Source of the DNA: a candidate division FCPU426 bacterium
Lineage (GTDB): Bacteria > Oederibacteriota > Muellerivitia > Muellerivitales > Muellerivitaceae
DNA: 64,000 nt
Direction of reading: 5' to 3'
NCBI GenBank assembly: GCA_963738405.1
Contig: CAVTWJ010000023.1
Span: forward strand, 288,001-352,000
The notes under the pieces are model-generated. The model was not told where the DNA came from and made no database searches. It was given only the letters and a program-made list of their open reading frames with translations. Of the stretch, positions 50,969 to 60,394 are shown in pieces. The translations under genes and the position numbers were made by a program. Within the stretch, counting starts at the first letter, position 1, and the number at the start of each line of letters is the position of its first letter.

Positions 50969-52435
50969 ATGTCCTTTGAAAAATACGACACGGATACATT
51001 TTATGACGAGCTCTTCGAACAGGGCGGCATTCCCCGTTCAAGCGCCGCCCCCCTCATCCATCGGTTGAAATCCATGAGCCCGGCCGACCTCTTGCGCCAG
51101 CAAAAGGCCGCCGAGAGCGAGTTCCACCAATTGGGCATCACCTTCACCGTTTATGGGGACAAGGCCGGAACCGAAAAAATTTTTCCCTTCGACATTATTC
51201 CCCGCATCGTGGATCACGGGGAATGGGCGCAAATCGAGAAGGGCTTGACCCAGCGCATCCGGGCCCTGAATCTTTTTTTGGACGACATCTACCACGGCCA
51301 AAAAATACTAAAAGAAAACATCATCCCCGCCGACATCGTGCGGACCTCCTCCGGTTTCAAACCCGAATGCTTAGGGCTCAACCCGCCCGGAGGAATCTGG
51401 ATCCACGTCACCGGCACCGACCTGGTTCGCGACCAGGATGGAAAATATTACGTGTTGGAAGACAACCTGCGATGCCCTTCGGGGGTTTCTTATGTTCTTG
51501 AAAACCGCAGTGTCTTGAAGCGCACCCTGCCCCGCGTATTTGAGGACATGGCGGTCAGGCCCGTTGACGATTATCCCCACCGGCTTCTGGACACCCTTTG
51601 CCAAACGGCGCCCAAGGGGGCTAAAGCCAACCCCAAGGTCGTGGTCCTGACCCCGGGACCCTACAATTCGGCTTATTTTGAGCACGCCTTCCTGGCCCAG
51701 CAAATGGGCGTGGAACTGGTGGAGGGCCGGGACCTAGTGGTTTTGGATGGCTACGTCATGGCCCGCACCACCAAGGGTTTCGAACGGGTGGATGTCATCT
51801 ACCGCCGGGTGGACGACGATTTTATCGATCCCCTGGTCTTCAATAAAGAATCCCACTTGGGAATATCCGGCTTAATGGAGGTTTACCGAAAGGGAAGGGT
51901 GACCCTAGCCAACGCGCCCGGCACCGGCGTGGCCGACGACAAGGGGGTCTATACCTACGTTCCCGCCATCATCCGGTTTTACTTGGGTGAAGAACCTATC
52001 CTCCCCAACGTCCCCTCCTACGTCTGCTGGGAGCCTTCCCAACGAAAATACGTTTTGGAAAACCTGGACAAACTGGTGGTAAAGGCCGTTAACCAGTCGG
52101 GGGGCTATGGCATGCTGGTAGGCCCCCACTCCACCCTGGAAGATCAAAAAAAATTCGCCGAGCTGATCCAAAAAAATCCAAGGGACTACATCGCCCAGCC
52201 CACCCTCTCACTTTCCCGCGCGCCGATTATCGTCAACGACCACTTCGAGGGGCGTCACGTGGACCTTCGCCCCTACATTCTTTACGGCAAGGCGCCCTAC
52301 ATCATTCCGGGGGGCCTGACCCGTGTGGCGCTGAAAAAAGGTTCGCTCGTGGTGAATTCCTCCCAGGGCGGCGGAAGCAAAGACACCTGGGTTTTAGCTG
52401 AGAAGCCTTTGGCCTCCCCGGCGGGGGGGAAATAA
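50969..52435 (+). CDS. Circularly permuted type 2 ATP-grasp protein
   Basis: IFPFDIIPR, VLEDNLRCPSGVSY, NSAYFEH, VDVIYRRVDDDF, SGGYGM, VVNSSQGGGSKDTWV. Confidence 0.93.
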   Translation: MSFEKYDTDTFYDELFEQGGIPRSSAAPLIHRLKSMSPADLLRQQKAAESEFHQLGITFTVYGDKAGTEKIFPFDIIPRIVDHGEWAQIEKGLTQRIRALNLFLDDIYHGQKILKENIIPADIVRTSSGFKPECLGLNPPGGIWIHVTGTDLVRDQDGKYYVLEDNLRCPSGVSYVLENRSVLKRTLPRVFEDMAVRPVDDYPHRLLDTLCQTAPKGAKANPKVVVLTPGPYNSAYFEHAFLAQQMGVELVEGRDLVVLDGYVMARTTKGFERVDVIYRRVDDDFIDPLVFNKESHLGISGLMEVYRKGRVTLANAPGTGVADDKGVYTYVPAIIRFYLGEEPILPNVPSYVCWEPSQRKYVLENLDKLVVKAVNQSGGYGMLVGPHSTLEDQKKFAELIQKNPRDYIAQPTLSLSRAPIIVNDHFEGRHVDLRPYILYGKAPYIIPGGLTRVALKKGSLVVNSSQGGGSKDTWVLAEKPLASPAGGK

Positions 52436-52437
52436 CC

Positions 52438-53439
52438 ATGCTCTCCCGTTTGGCCGATTCCCTCTTTTGGCTTGGGCGCTATGTCGAGCGCGCGGAAAAC
52501 GTGGCTCGGTTTATCGGCGTCAACCTGAACCTCATGCTTGATATGCCCATGGAGCAATCCCAGCAGTGGCGCCCCCTGGCCGTCACCACCGGCGACTATG
52601 CGGCCTTCGTGAATGCTTATGGGGAACCCACCCGAGAGAACGTAATTCGGTTTCTTGTCTATGACCCCCACAACCCCAACTCGGTGCTTTCCTGCCTTCA
52701 AAAGGCCCGAGAAAACGCCCGCACCAGCCGGGAGGTGATTTCATCGGAAATGTGGGAGCACGTGAACGTCTTTTATCATTACGTCAGCGGCGCCCTCAAC
52801 AACCCGCCCAACGACGACTTTCTGTACCAGTTCTGCCGCCAGGTCCGCTTCAACAGCCATCTCCTGACCGGCCTCTCCGACGATACGCTCTCTCACAACG
52901 AGGCCTGGCATTTCCTTCGTTTAGGCAGGCTGTTCGAGCGGGCCGACAAGACCGCCAGAATCTTGGACGTAAAGTATTTCATCCTCCTGCCCAAGGTGGA
53001 GGATATCGGCACCCCCTTTGACGTGATCCTCTGGACCGCCCTTTTGAAATCCGCTTCCGCCAGCGAGATGTATCGAAAAAAGCACAGCCTCATCCACCCC
53101 GCCAAGGTGGCCGAGTTTTTGATGCTGGACCCGGACTTTCCCCGCTCCATGCGCTACTGCCTGGTGAATGCCGAAAAATCGCTCCGGGCCATCGGCAACA
53201 CCCCGCCGGGCACTTATTCCAACAACGCGGAAAAACAATTGGGGCTCCTGCGGGCGGAACTGGACTACGCCGAGATCGGCGAGATTATCAAGAATGGTTT
53301 GCACGAATACCTCGATAACTTCGAGGCGAAGTTGAATTCGGTGGGCGATGCGCTTTTCACGGTATTCCTGGCCTTCAGGCCCCTGCCAAGCGTTACCCCG
53401 CGTAGTGAAATAAGACAAATGGAGACACAGGAACAATGA
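52438..53439 (+). CDS. Alpha-E domain protein (DUF403)
   Basis: MLSRLADSLFWLGRYVERAE..AR, ARENAR, GRLFERADKTARILDVKY, FPRS. Confidence 0.93.
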   Translation: MLSRLADSLFWLGRYVERAENVARFIGVNLNLMLDMPMEQSQQWRPLAVTTGDYAAFVNAYGEPTRENVIRFLVYDPHNPNSVLSCLQKARENARTSREVISSEMWEHVNVFYHYVSGALNNPPNDDFLYQFCRQVRFNSHLLTGLSDDTLSHNEAWHFLRLGRLFERADKTARILDVKYFILLPKVEDIGTPFDVILWTALLKSASASEMYRKKHSLIHPAKVAEFLMLDPDFPRSMRYCLVNAEKSLRAIGNTPPGTYSNNAEKQLGLLRAELDYAEIGEIIKNGLHEYLDNFEAKLNSVGDALFTVFLAFRPLPSVTPRSEIRQMETQEQ

Positions 53440-54188
53440 CCTTTTGCATCGCCATGAAAGTAAAAGAAGGCCTGGTGGCCCTGGCCGACACCCGCATCAC
53501 CAGCGGTACCGAGCACATCACGGGGAAAAAGGTTTCGGTTCATCCCAACGGAAACCATCCCCTCTTCCTGATGACCTCAGGGCTTAGATCCGCGAGGGAC
53601 AAGGCCCTGACCTATTTTCAGGAGGTATTGGAGGAGCCGGGAGCCCATTTCGACAAACTGTATAAGGCCGTCAACGCCTTCGCCGAGCAGCTGCGGCGCG
53701 TGGCCAAGGAGGACAAGGACGCGCTGGAAACCAGCGGCTACCACTTTAATTTGTTTTCCATCATGGGGGGCCAGCTTTCCGCCGATTCCGAGCACAAGTT
53801 GTACCTGATCTATCCCCAGGGCAACTGGGTGGAAGTCACGGAGAGCACCCCCTATTACGCCATTGGGGAGTCCAGCTACGGAAAACCCCTCTTGGATCGG
53901 GCCCTGAATTTCGACAGCAGTATGGAGCTGGCCCTGAAGGTGGGCTACCTGGCTTTTGAGGCCACCCGTTCCAGCGCCACCGACGTGGATTTCCCTATCG
54001 ACGTGGTCCTCTACCACAAGGGCTCCTTCATGATGGATGAGATCCGCTATGACCAGAAGGACATGGCCGCCGTTTCCGAGTGGTGGAAAACCAGGGTCCG
54101 CGAGACGGTGGAATTGTGCCCCTCCGAATGGGCGAAGGAAGCCCTGGAAAAGAAATCAAATCTGAGGGCTGTGGATTCCGGGGCCTAA
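53436..54188 (+). CDS. Proteasome-type NTN hydrolase Anbu
   Basis: MTFCIAM (Thr nucleophile after Met removal), ADTRITSG, LYLIYPQGNW, IGESSYGKPLLDR. Confidence 0.9.
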   Translation: MTFCIAMKVKEGLVALADTRITSGTEHITGKKVSVHPNGNHPLFLMTSGLRSARDKALTYFQEVLEEPGAHFDKLYKAVNAFAEQLRRVAKEDKDALETSGYHFNLFSIMGGQLSADSEHKLYLIYPQGNWVEVTESTPYYAIGESSYGKPLLDRALNFDSSMELALKVGYLAFEATRSSATDVDFPIDVVLYHKGSFMMDEIRYDQKDMAAVSEWWKTRVRETVELCPSEWAKEALEKKSNLRAVDSGA

Positions 54189-54214
54189 CAGCCGCCCGGC
54201 GGAAGGAGCGTCCC

Positions 54215-55084
54215 ATGAAACTAAAAATCACCCATCAAATTCAATATTCCTACAGCCGTGAAGTTTTTGTGGAGCCGACGGTTTTGCGCTTGAAGCCCCG
54301 GGACGACTTCAGCCAAAAACTGGAAAACTTTCAGATCAATCTAAACCCGGCTCCCTCGGGCCAATCCGAGGGGCTGGATCTTTACAACAACCCGGTCACT
54401 ACCTTTTGGCACACCGCCAACCTGCCCAAATGGGAAGCCTCCACCTCTTTCACGGTGGAAACCCTTCTCCAGAACCCCTTCAACTATCTCATCACCGATC
54501 CCCAGGTATTGAAACTGCCCGCCCGATACGGAAAAGAAAACCGCCAGACCATGGCGCCCTATCTTTTCAGGCCCGAGCCCGACGGGGCGGTAGACGAGCT
54601 GGCCCAAAGGCTGTTGACCGAAAGCGATGACAACACCCTGGGCTTTCTCTACCACATGACGGACGCCCTTCACCGCGACTTCCAGCAGGTGGTTCGCCTC
54701 GTGGGTGAGGCCCTTCCGCCGGGCAAGACCCTGCGGCGCAAGGAAGGCGCCTGCCGGGACATGGCGGTTTTATTCATCGACCTGTGCCGCTCGTTAGGGG
54801 TGGCTTCCCGTTTCGTCAGCGGCTACAAGTACGACCCCGGCGCCTTGGATAGCTTTGAACTGCACGCCTGGGCCGAGGTTTATTTGCCGGGGGCGGGGTG
54901 GCGGGGTTACGACCCCTCCTTAGGGCTGGCGGTAGCGGACGCCCATGTCGCCCTAGCCTCAGGCCCCAGCCCGTCTGAAGCCGCCGCGGTGACGGGCAAC
55001 TATCGGGGGACCGACGCTTTGTCCAAGCTGGTTTATCAGGTGAACATGGAAAACCTGACTCCGGCCGAAAAGGTCGGGGTTTGA
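54215..55084 (+). CDS. Bacterial transglutaminase-like protein
   Basis: ITHQIQYSY...LRLKPR; triad GACRD / LHAWAEV / GYDPS; RFVSGY; AAGGAG SD before ATG 54215. Confidence 0.92.
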   Translation: MKLKITHQIQYSYSREVFVEPTVLRLKPRDDFSQKLENFQINLNPAPSGQSEGLDLYNNPVTTFWHTANLPKWEASTSFTVETLLQNPFNYLITDPQVLKLPARYGKENRQTMAPYLFRPEPDGAVDELAQRLLTESDDNTLGFLYHMTDALHRDFQQVVRLVGEALPPGKTLRRKEGACRDMAVLFIDLCRSLGVASRFVSGYKYDPGALDSFELHAWAEVYLPGAGWRGYDPSLGLAVADAHVALASGPSPSEAAAVTGNYRGTDALSKLVYQVNMENLTPAEKVGV

Positions 55085-55122
55085 GGGGCCAACTTCACCC
55101 CGAACGTCTGACATGTGGAAAA

Positions 55123-57297
55123 TCAGCCGGGCGGTTTTGACGCCCCCCCTTTCCCCTCTTTTATCGCCTCCAATCGCATCAAGACGGATAAATTATCCTT
55201 GGCCGAGGTTAGATCCAAGGGAGCGTGGATGGCCTTTTTGAACATTTTCTCGGCCTGGGGATAATTTCTTTCCAGCATGTAAAACCCTCCCAGTTCATTG
55301 TAAAAATTCGCCGCCGGGAAGCCTTCCCTCACGGCCCTTCGCATGGCCTCAAAGGAAGCCCTGTAATTCTCCGGCGAAGGCCGGCCGAACATGTTGTCCC
55401 AGTTGTGAAGGCTGAATTGGATATCCCAATAGCAGGATCGGACGAGGGGGTCGCGACTCAAGTCGGGCTCCAGGGCATCCATCATCCGGATGGAATTTTT
55501 TCGGGCAGGATCGATGGGAAGCTTCACGAATTGTTGGAGGACCCGGTCCAACTGCCCATTCGCCTTCCGCCAATCGTCGATCCTCTCCCGAGTCCGATCA
55601 TTGACCGGTAGGATCCCCAGCATCAATCCACCATTGAAGACATTTTGGGACGGATCCACGTCGCGGGAAAGCCAAAACCATCTCCCCTCGGGAAAGGCCC
55701 AGGCCAAAAATGGTTGATAATTCACGTTGACGACCAGGGCGGCCCACCGGGGCTGAACCCCGGTCCATTCCGGATGGTCTTCGGCGTTGAAAGGAAAGCA
55801 AGCGACGCGGAGCGAATAGTCGTGGAACACCGAGATGTTCAATTCGGTCAAAAGGATCCCCGGTCCCTGTTCACGGTACTGCCGCTCCAGTATGGGAAAG
55901 GCTCTGGCGTTCTCCTTGACCTTCAGGAAATCCCAATACTCATTGACGGTCTCCCGGGATCTTTGCAAATGCACCAGATCCAGGCCCGAGGAAACCAGGT
56001 ACAGGGCCACCAACAGTAGTTTGGCTTCCCTTTCCCGGAACTTTCCGGCGACCCATTCCAATCCCTGGACCGCCACGAACGAAAGAAGGGGCAGCTCCTG
56101 GATGACCCTCATCTCGCTCAAGGGGGGCGAGCTCAAGAGATCGGGGAGGAAGAAAACGAATGCCGCCCCATAAACCCAGGCCCAGGTGCCCTTCGCGAGT
56201 TTCCCGGGAAGGACCAGGAACCCCAGGACCAGCAAAACTCCGGTCACGGGGTTGAAAAAACCGCCCCAGACGGGGCCGTAATTGTAATGACCGATGTGAT
56301 AACCCCAAACGAACCCCGATAATTCCCGTCCGATCCTCCCCAAATAGTCCCCCAGGGATTCTGAATTTCCCAGGTTGAGCATGAAGGAATAATAGGTGCC
56401 GAAACTCCGGTGGAAGAGGGACCAAACCATGGGGATCAAGGCTATCGAAAAGGGCGCCCCCAAGGCTAGGATTTGCCGAGGCCTCTGCCGGGGCTCCTCT
56501 CCATTCCATATCCGGACTAGGAGTGGGATGGACGCCATGAGGCAGACCACGGGCCAAGAGAAATAGGTATAGAACCCGGTCCCTAACATCAAGCCGCAGA
56601 TCGACAGCCAAACGGTACGATCCTTCGAAGCCTGCGCCCGTAAGCACCGGCTGACGGAATAAAAGGTGGCGAATTCCCAAAGAACGAGCAGGAGACCCTG
56701 ATGACAGATCCGACCGAAAAAAAGGAGCCCGAATCCCGTCGATAAGACCGCCAGATAGAGGAAAGCGCTGGTCCGGGAAAAAAGGTTTCGAAGGGTACCG
56801 TAAGCCAGGGGCAGCATGAGGATCGAAAGAAGGATTGGAAGGGCCCGGATGACCGTCAGGGGAGAGGGCAACACCTTGAAAAGAAGGGATAAGGTCCAAA
56901 TCAACAAGGGGGGCAGTTGGGTCCAGAAAAAATAGGGGTGCCAATCCCAATGCTGGTCCAATTTCATGGCGAAATACCCATTGATCATCTCATCATAGGT
57001 GAGCCAATTTGGAAAATCGCCGAACCAAATGCATCGAACCACCAAAGCAACCGGGATGATGGCCCAAAAAAACCAGGATGGGATCTCCATTCTTTCTTCC
57101 ACGGCACCCTCAGGCGTTTGGCTCCGATTCCTCCGGATAAAAAAAACCAGTGGTAACAACCAACCCATCACAAAGACCCAAAGTTTCAAGTCGATAGGCG
57201 CCTGGAAATAAGAAAGAAAGGAATGGACCGCCACGAGCCAGACAAGAAAAAGCCCAAGGCCGGGATTTCGGACGGAGCCCGAAGGGTCTATTTTCAT
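55123..57297 (-). CDS. ArnT/PMT-like (GT39/GT83) membrane glycosyltransferase with C-terminal TPR
   Basis: TYDE acidic loop after the first TMs, GTGFYTYF, many TMs, C-terminal YNELGGFY...AEKMFKKAI. Confidence 0.7.
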   Translation of the reverse strand: MKIDPSGSVRNPGLGLFLVWLVAVHSFLSYFQAPIDLKLWVFVMGWLLPLVFFIRRNRSQTPEGAVEERMEIPSWFFWAIIPVALVVRCIWFGDFPNWLTYDEMINGYFAMKLDQHWDWHPYFFWTQLPPLLIWTLSLLFKVLPSPLTVIRALPILLSILMLPLAYGTLRNLFSRTSAFLYLAVLSTGFGLLFFGRICHQGLLLVLWEFATFYSVSRCLRAQASKDRTVWLSICGLMLGTGFYTYFSWPVVCLMASIPLLVRIWNGEEPRQRPRQILALGAPFSIALIPMVWSLFHRSFGTYYSFMLNLGNSESLGDYLGRIGRELSGFVWGYHIGHYNYGPVWGGFFNPVTGVLLVLGFLVLPGKLAKGTWAWVYGAAFVFFLPDLLSSPPLSEMRVIQELPLLSFVAVQGLEWVAGKFREREAKLLLVALYLVSSGLDLVHLQRSRETVNEYWDFLKVKENARAFPILERQYREQGPGILLTELNISVFHDYSLRVACFPFNAEDHPEWTGVQPRWAALVVNVNYQPFLAWAFPEGRWFWLSRDVDPSQNVFNGGLMLGILPVNDRTRERIDDWRKANGQLDRVLQQFVKLPIDPARKNSIRMMDALEPDLSRDPLVRSCYWDIQFSLHNWDNMFGRPSPENYRASFEAMRRAVREGFPAANFYNELGGFYMLERNYPQAEKMFKKAIHAPLDLTSAKDNLSVLMRLEAIKEGKGGASKPPG

Positions 57298-57413
57298 CGA
57301 TCGCTTCTCCTAAAAACAAAACACACTGGATCAAACGACGCGCCGGAGCTCTTCTAAACCGAGAATCATAAAGAAGTTCGCATTTGAATCGTTTCAATTT
57401 TATACTAGCGCCC

Positions 57414-59327
57414 ATGGATTCACCAAACGAGCCTTTTCCCGAAGGCCTGACAGGTCTCACGGTCGCGGCCTTTGAAAGCCGCATGGCCGATGAGATGGCG
57501 GGCCTGATCGAGCGCCAGGGAGGCGTTGCCCGAGTGGCCCCTTCCATGCGTGAAATTCCACTCACTGACAACGAGGAAGCCTTCGCCTTTTTCGAGCGCC
57601 TCAAACAGGGTCCCTTCGACCTGGTGGTCTTCATGACCGGCATTGGCACCCGCACCCTCTTCCAGGTCCTCCTGGCCAAGTACCCCAAGAGCCTGGTGGA
57701 AAAGGCCTTCAAGCGGGTGACCCTGGCCGCCCGGGGCCCCAAGTCGGTAAAGGCCCTGACCGAATTCGGTTTCCGAGCCTCCCGCGTCGCCGAGGAGCCC
57801 AATACCTGGCGGGAAATGCTGGCGGCTTTGGGTGATTTAAAAAATAAAAGGCTGGCGGTACAGGAATACGGCGCGCCTAACCCGGAGTTCTACAAGGCGA
57901 TGAAGGAAGAAGGAGCTTTGGAGGTTCTTCCGGTCCGCGTTTACCGATGGGCCCTGCCTGAAAACACCGCGCCACTAAAAGATCTCATAACCGACATCAC
58001 GGACGGCAAAGTCCAGGTCGCTCTCTTTACCAGCGCCACGCAAATTCAAAACACCTTGGAAGTCGCGAGGGAAATGGGTTTAGAAGCCAGGCTTAAAACC
58101 GCCCTATCCATGATGGCCGTGGGCTCGGTGGGGTCCATTTGCTCCGAAGCCATTCGAAGCAATGGCATTCAGGTGGATTTTGAACCCGAACATCCCAAGA
58201 TGGGGTTTCTGGTCAAGGAGGCGGCGGAAAAAGCCGTCTCGATTATTCCTGCCAAACTCATCGGCGCCCCCACGCTTTCTTCTCCCCGTGCTGACTTCCT
58301 TCACGACAGCTTGTTTCTCAAGGCCTGCCGGAAGGAGCCTACTTCCCGCACACCTATTTGGATCATGCGCCAAGCCGGGCGCTACCTGCCCGAATACCAA
58401 GACCTCCGTTCATCCGTTTCCTTTTTGGAACTTTGCAAGACCCCCGAGCTGGCCTGCCGGGCCACGGTTTCCGCCCAGGAGGTTTTGGGCGTGGACGCCG
58501 CCATCCTTTTCGCCGACATCCTCCTCATCACGGAGCCCATGGGGTTCCAACTGGAATTCAGCGATAAGGGCGGACCCAAAATTCACAATCCCTTCCGCCA
58601 AGCGGAAGACCTCAAACGTCTGAAGGATGTGGACCCAAAAAAAGACCTGGATTATGTCATGGAAGCCGTCCGCCTGATCCGTTCCAAACTTCAAGTTGAT
58701 ATCCCTCTCATCGGTTTCGCGGGGGCGCCCTTCACGCTGGCCTCCTATATGATGGAAGGGGGTTCCTCCAGGGATTTCATGCATACCCGTTCCCTTCTGG
58801 CGGAAGATCCTGACTGCTGGGACCAATTGATGGAGAAGGTGGTGGCAGCCACCACTTCCTACTTGAACGCACAGGTTGAGGCGGGCGCCCAGGCCCTTCA
58901 GTTATTTGATTCCTGGGTCGGCATTCTTTCTCCCGTGGAGTACAAAAAATTCGTCCTTCCCCACTTGAAACGCTTGACCGCCGCTCTAAACCCTTCGGTA
59001 CCCCTGATTTATTTTGGGGTTCACACCGGTCCCTTTCTTCCTTTCTTAAGGGAGACGGGCGCCACCGTATTCGGAGTGGATTGGAACATTCCGCTGGATG
59101 AGGCCTGGAAGCTTTTGGGCGACACGGCCATTCAGGGCAATCTGGACCCCAACCTATTGCTGACGGCTACCCCAAACGAAGTCAGCGTGAAGACCGAGGG
59201 AATTTTAAGAAGAGCCAAGGGCCGGCCGGGCCATATCTTTAACTTGGGCCACGGCATCCTGCCCAAGACGCCGATGGAAAACGTCAAGACCATGATTGAG
59301 ACCGTGAAGAACTGGAAAAATAAGTAA
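57414..59327 (+). CDS. hemE: Uroporphyrinogen-III synthase :: uroporphyrinogen decarboxylase fusion (HemD-HemE)
   Basis: N-terminal AFESR, FMTGIG, ARGPKS, VYRW, FTSATQ (HemD-like); C-terminal PIWIMRQAGRYLPEY, AILFADIL, GFAGAPFTL, QGNLDP, FNLGHG (HemE). Confidence 0.93.
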   Translation: MDSPNEPFPEGLTGLTVAAFESRMADEMAGLIERQGGVARVAPSMREIPLTDNEEAFAFFERLKQGPFDLVVFMTGIGTRTLFQVLLAKYPKSLVEKAFKRVTLAARGPKSVKALTEFGFRASRVAEEPNTWREMLAALGDLKNKRLAVQEYGAPNPEFYKAMKEEGALEVLPVRVYRWALPENTAPLKDLITDITDGKVQVALFTSATQIQNTLEVAREMGLEARLKTALSMMAVGSVGSICSEAIRSNGIQVDFEPEHPKMGFLVKEAAEKAVSIIPAKLIGAPTLSSPRADFLHDSLFLKACRKEPTSRTPIWIMRQAGRYLPEYQDLRSSVSFLELCKTPELACRATVSAQEVLGVDAAILFADILLITEPMGFQLEFSDKGGPKIHNPFRQAEDLKRLKDVDPKKDLDYVMEAVRLIRSKLQVDIPLIGFAGAPFTLASYMMEGGSSRDFMHTRSLLAEDPDCWDQLMEKVVAATTSYLNAQVEAGAQALQLFDSWVGILSPVEYKKFVLPHLKRLTAALNPSVPLIYFGVHTGPFLPFLRETGATVFGVDWNIPLDEAWKLLGDTAIQGNLDPNLLLTATPNEVSVKTEGILRRAKGRPGHIFNLGHGILPKTPMENVKTMIETVKNWKNK

Positions 59328-60256
59328 TGGGCTCTTATGACGCGGTCCTCTTAATCGGCTTCGGCGGGCCCGAAAAGCCGGAGGATGTGCTTCCCTTTTT
59401 ACAGGATGTCACGGCGGGAAAGGATATTCCTCCTGAGCGCCTGCAGTTGGTGGCCAAGCAATACGAAAAAATCGGCGGCTCCTCGCCCTATAACCGCCTG
59501 ACTCTGGATCAGGCCAAGGCCCTTCAAAAAATCCTCAAGGCCCGGGGATTGGATATTCCTGTTGTTGTGGGATTCGCCCATGCGAAACCCCATATCGCCG
59601 ATACCCTGCGGGATCTCTCCCAGACGGGCAAAACCCGAATCTTCGCCATCGTCATGGCCCCTCACCGCAGCCCGGCCTCTTATGATAAATATATCGCGAA
59701 GGTAGACGAGGCCAGGCAAACCCTTCCCCCGCTGGAAATCACTTACGCTCCGGCCTGGCACAACCGCCCCGGCTTTATCCAGGCCATCGCGGACAACGTA
59801 AAGGAAGCCTTCAGTCATTTATCTAAAGAAGAAAAAGCCCGTCACCGGGCTGAACTCATCTTCACCACCCACAGCATCCCCAAGGCCATGGCCAACAGCT
59901 CGCCCTATTCGGGCCAGTTCGAGGAAACAGCCATATTGGTAACCCAAAAGGTCGAGGTTCCCTATTACCAAACAGCCTTCACCAGCCGAAGCGGAAGGCC
60001 CACCGAAGCCTGGCTGGAACCCGACCTGGGGGATTTTATCGAACGCCGAACTTACGAAACCCTCTCGGCCTGCGTGGTGGCCCCCATCGGCTTTTTAGTG
60101 GATCACGTGGAAGTGCTTTACGACATTGACACCCTGGCTCAGGAAAAAGCCAAGTGGAAAAGCCTGCACATGGTCCGCGCCAAAACCGTGGGGACCCATC
60201 CTTCCTTCATCGCAATGCTGGCCTCGCTGGTTGAGGAAAACCGGGAAACCTTTTAA
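59327..60256 (+). CDS. hemH: Ferrochelatase (probably coproporphyrin ferrochelatase)
   Basis: LLIGFGGPE, GGSSP, FTTHSIP, SRSG..WLEPD, PIGFLVDHVEVLYDID. Confidence 0.93.
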   Translation: MGSYDAVLLIGFGGPEKPEDVLPFLQDVTAGKDIPPERLQLVAKQYEKIGGSSPYNRLTLDQAKALQKILKARGLDIPVVVGFAHAKPHIADTLRDLSQTGKTRIFAIVMAPHRSPASYDKYIAKVDEARQTLPPLEITYAPAWHNRPGFIQAIADNVKEAFSHLSKEEKARHRAELIFTTHSIPKAMANSSPYSGQFEETAILVTQKVEVPYYQTAFTSRSGRPTEAWLEPDLGDFIERRTYETLSACVVAPIGFLVDHVEVLYDIDTLAQEKAKWKSLHMVRAKTVGTHPSFIAMLASLVEENRETF

Positions 60257-60394
60257 TTTAGACCTAAGCGGATAGGAATTTTTCCCCGGTTGGTTTTTCA
60301 GGAAGTTTTTGGATTATTATCCCTCGTCGCATAAATCGATCTCATCAGGCTTCCATGTTTGAAGACTTGGAAAGCTTTAGCGAATTGGAAATTA

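Noticed and set aside
55940..56950. 336-aa alternative-frame ORF inside the GT39-like gene
   Set aside because: Pro/Arg/Gly-rich off-frame translation with no motif; the 724-aa frame has coherent TM architecture.
60300..60394. Riboswitch or uORF between hemH and hemY
   Set aside because: Only a weak hairpin; no recognisable aptamer core; the short ORF lacks an SD.
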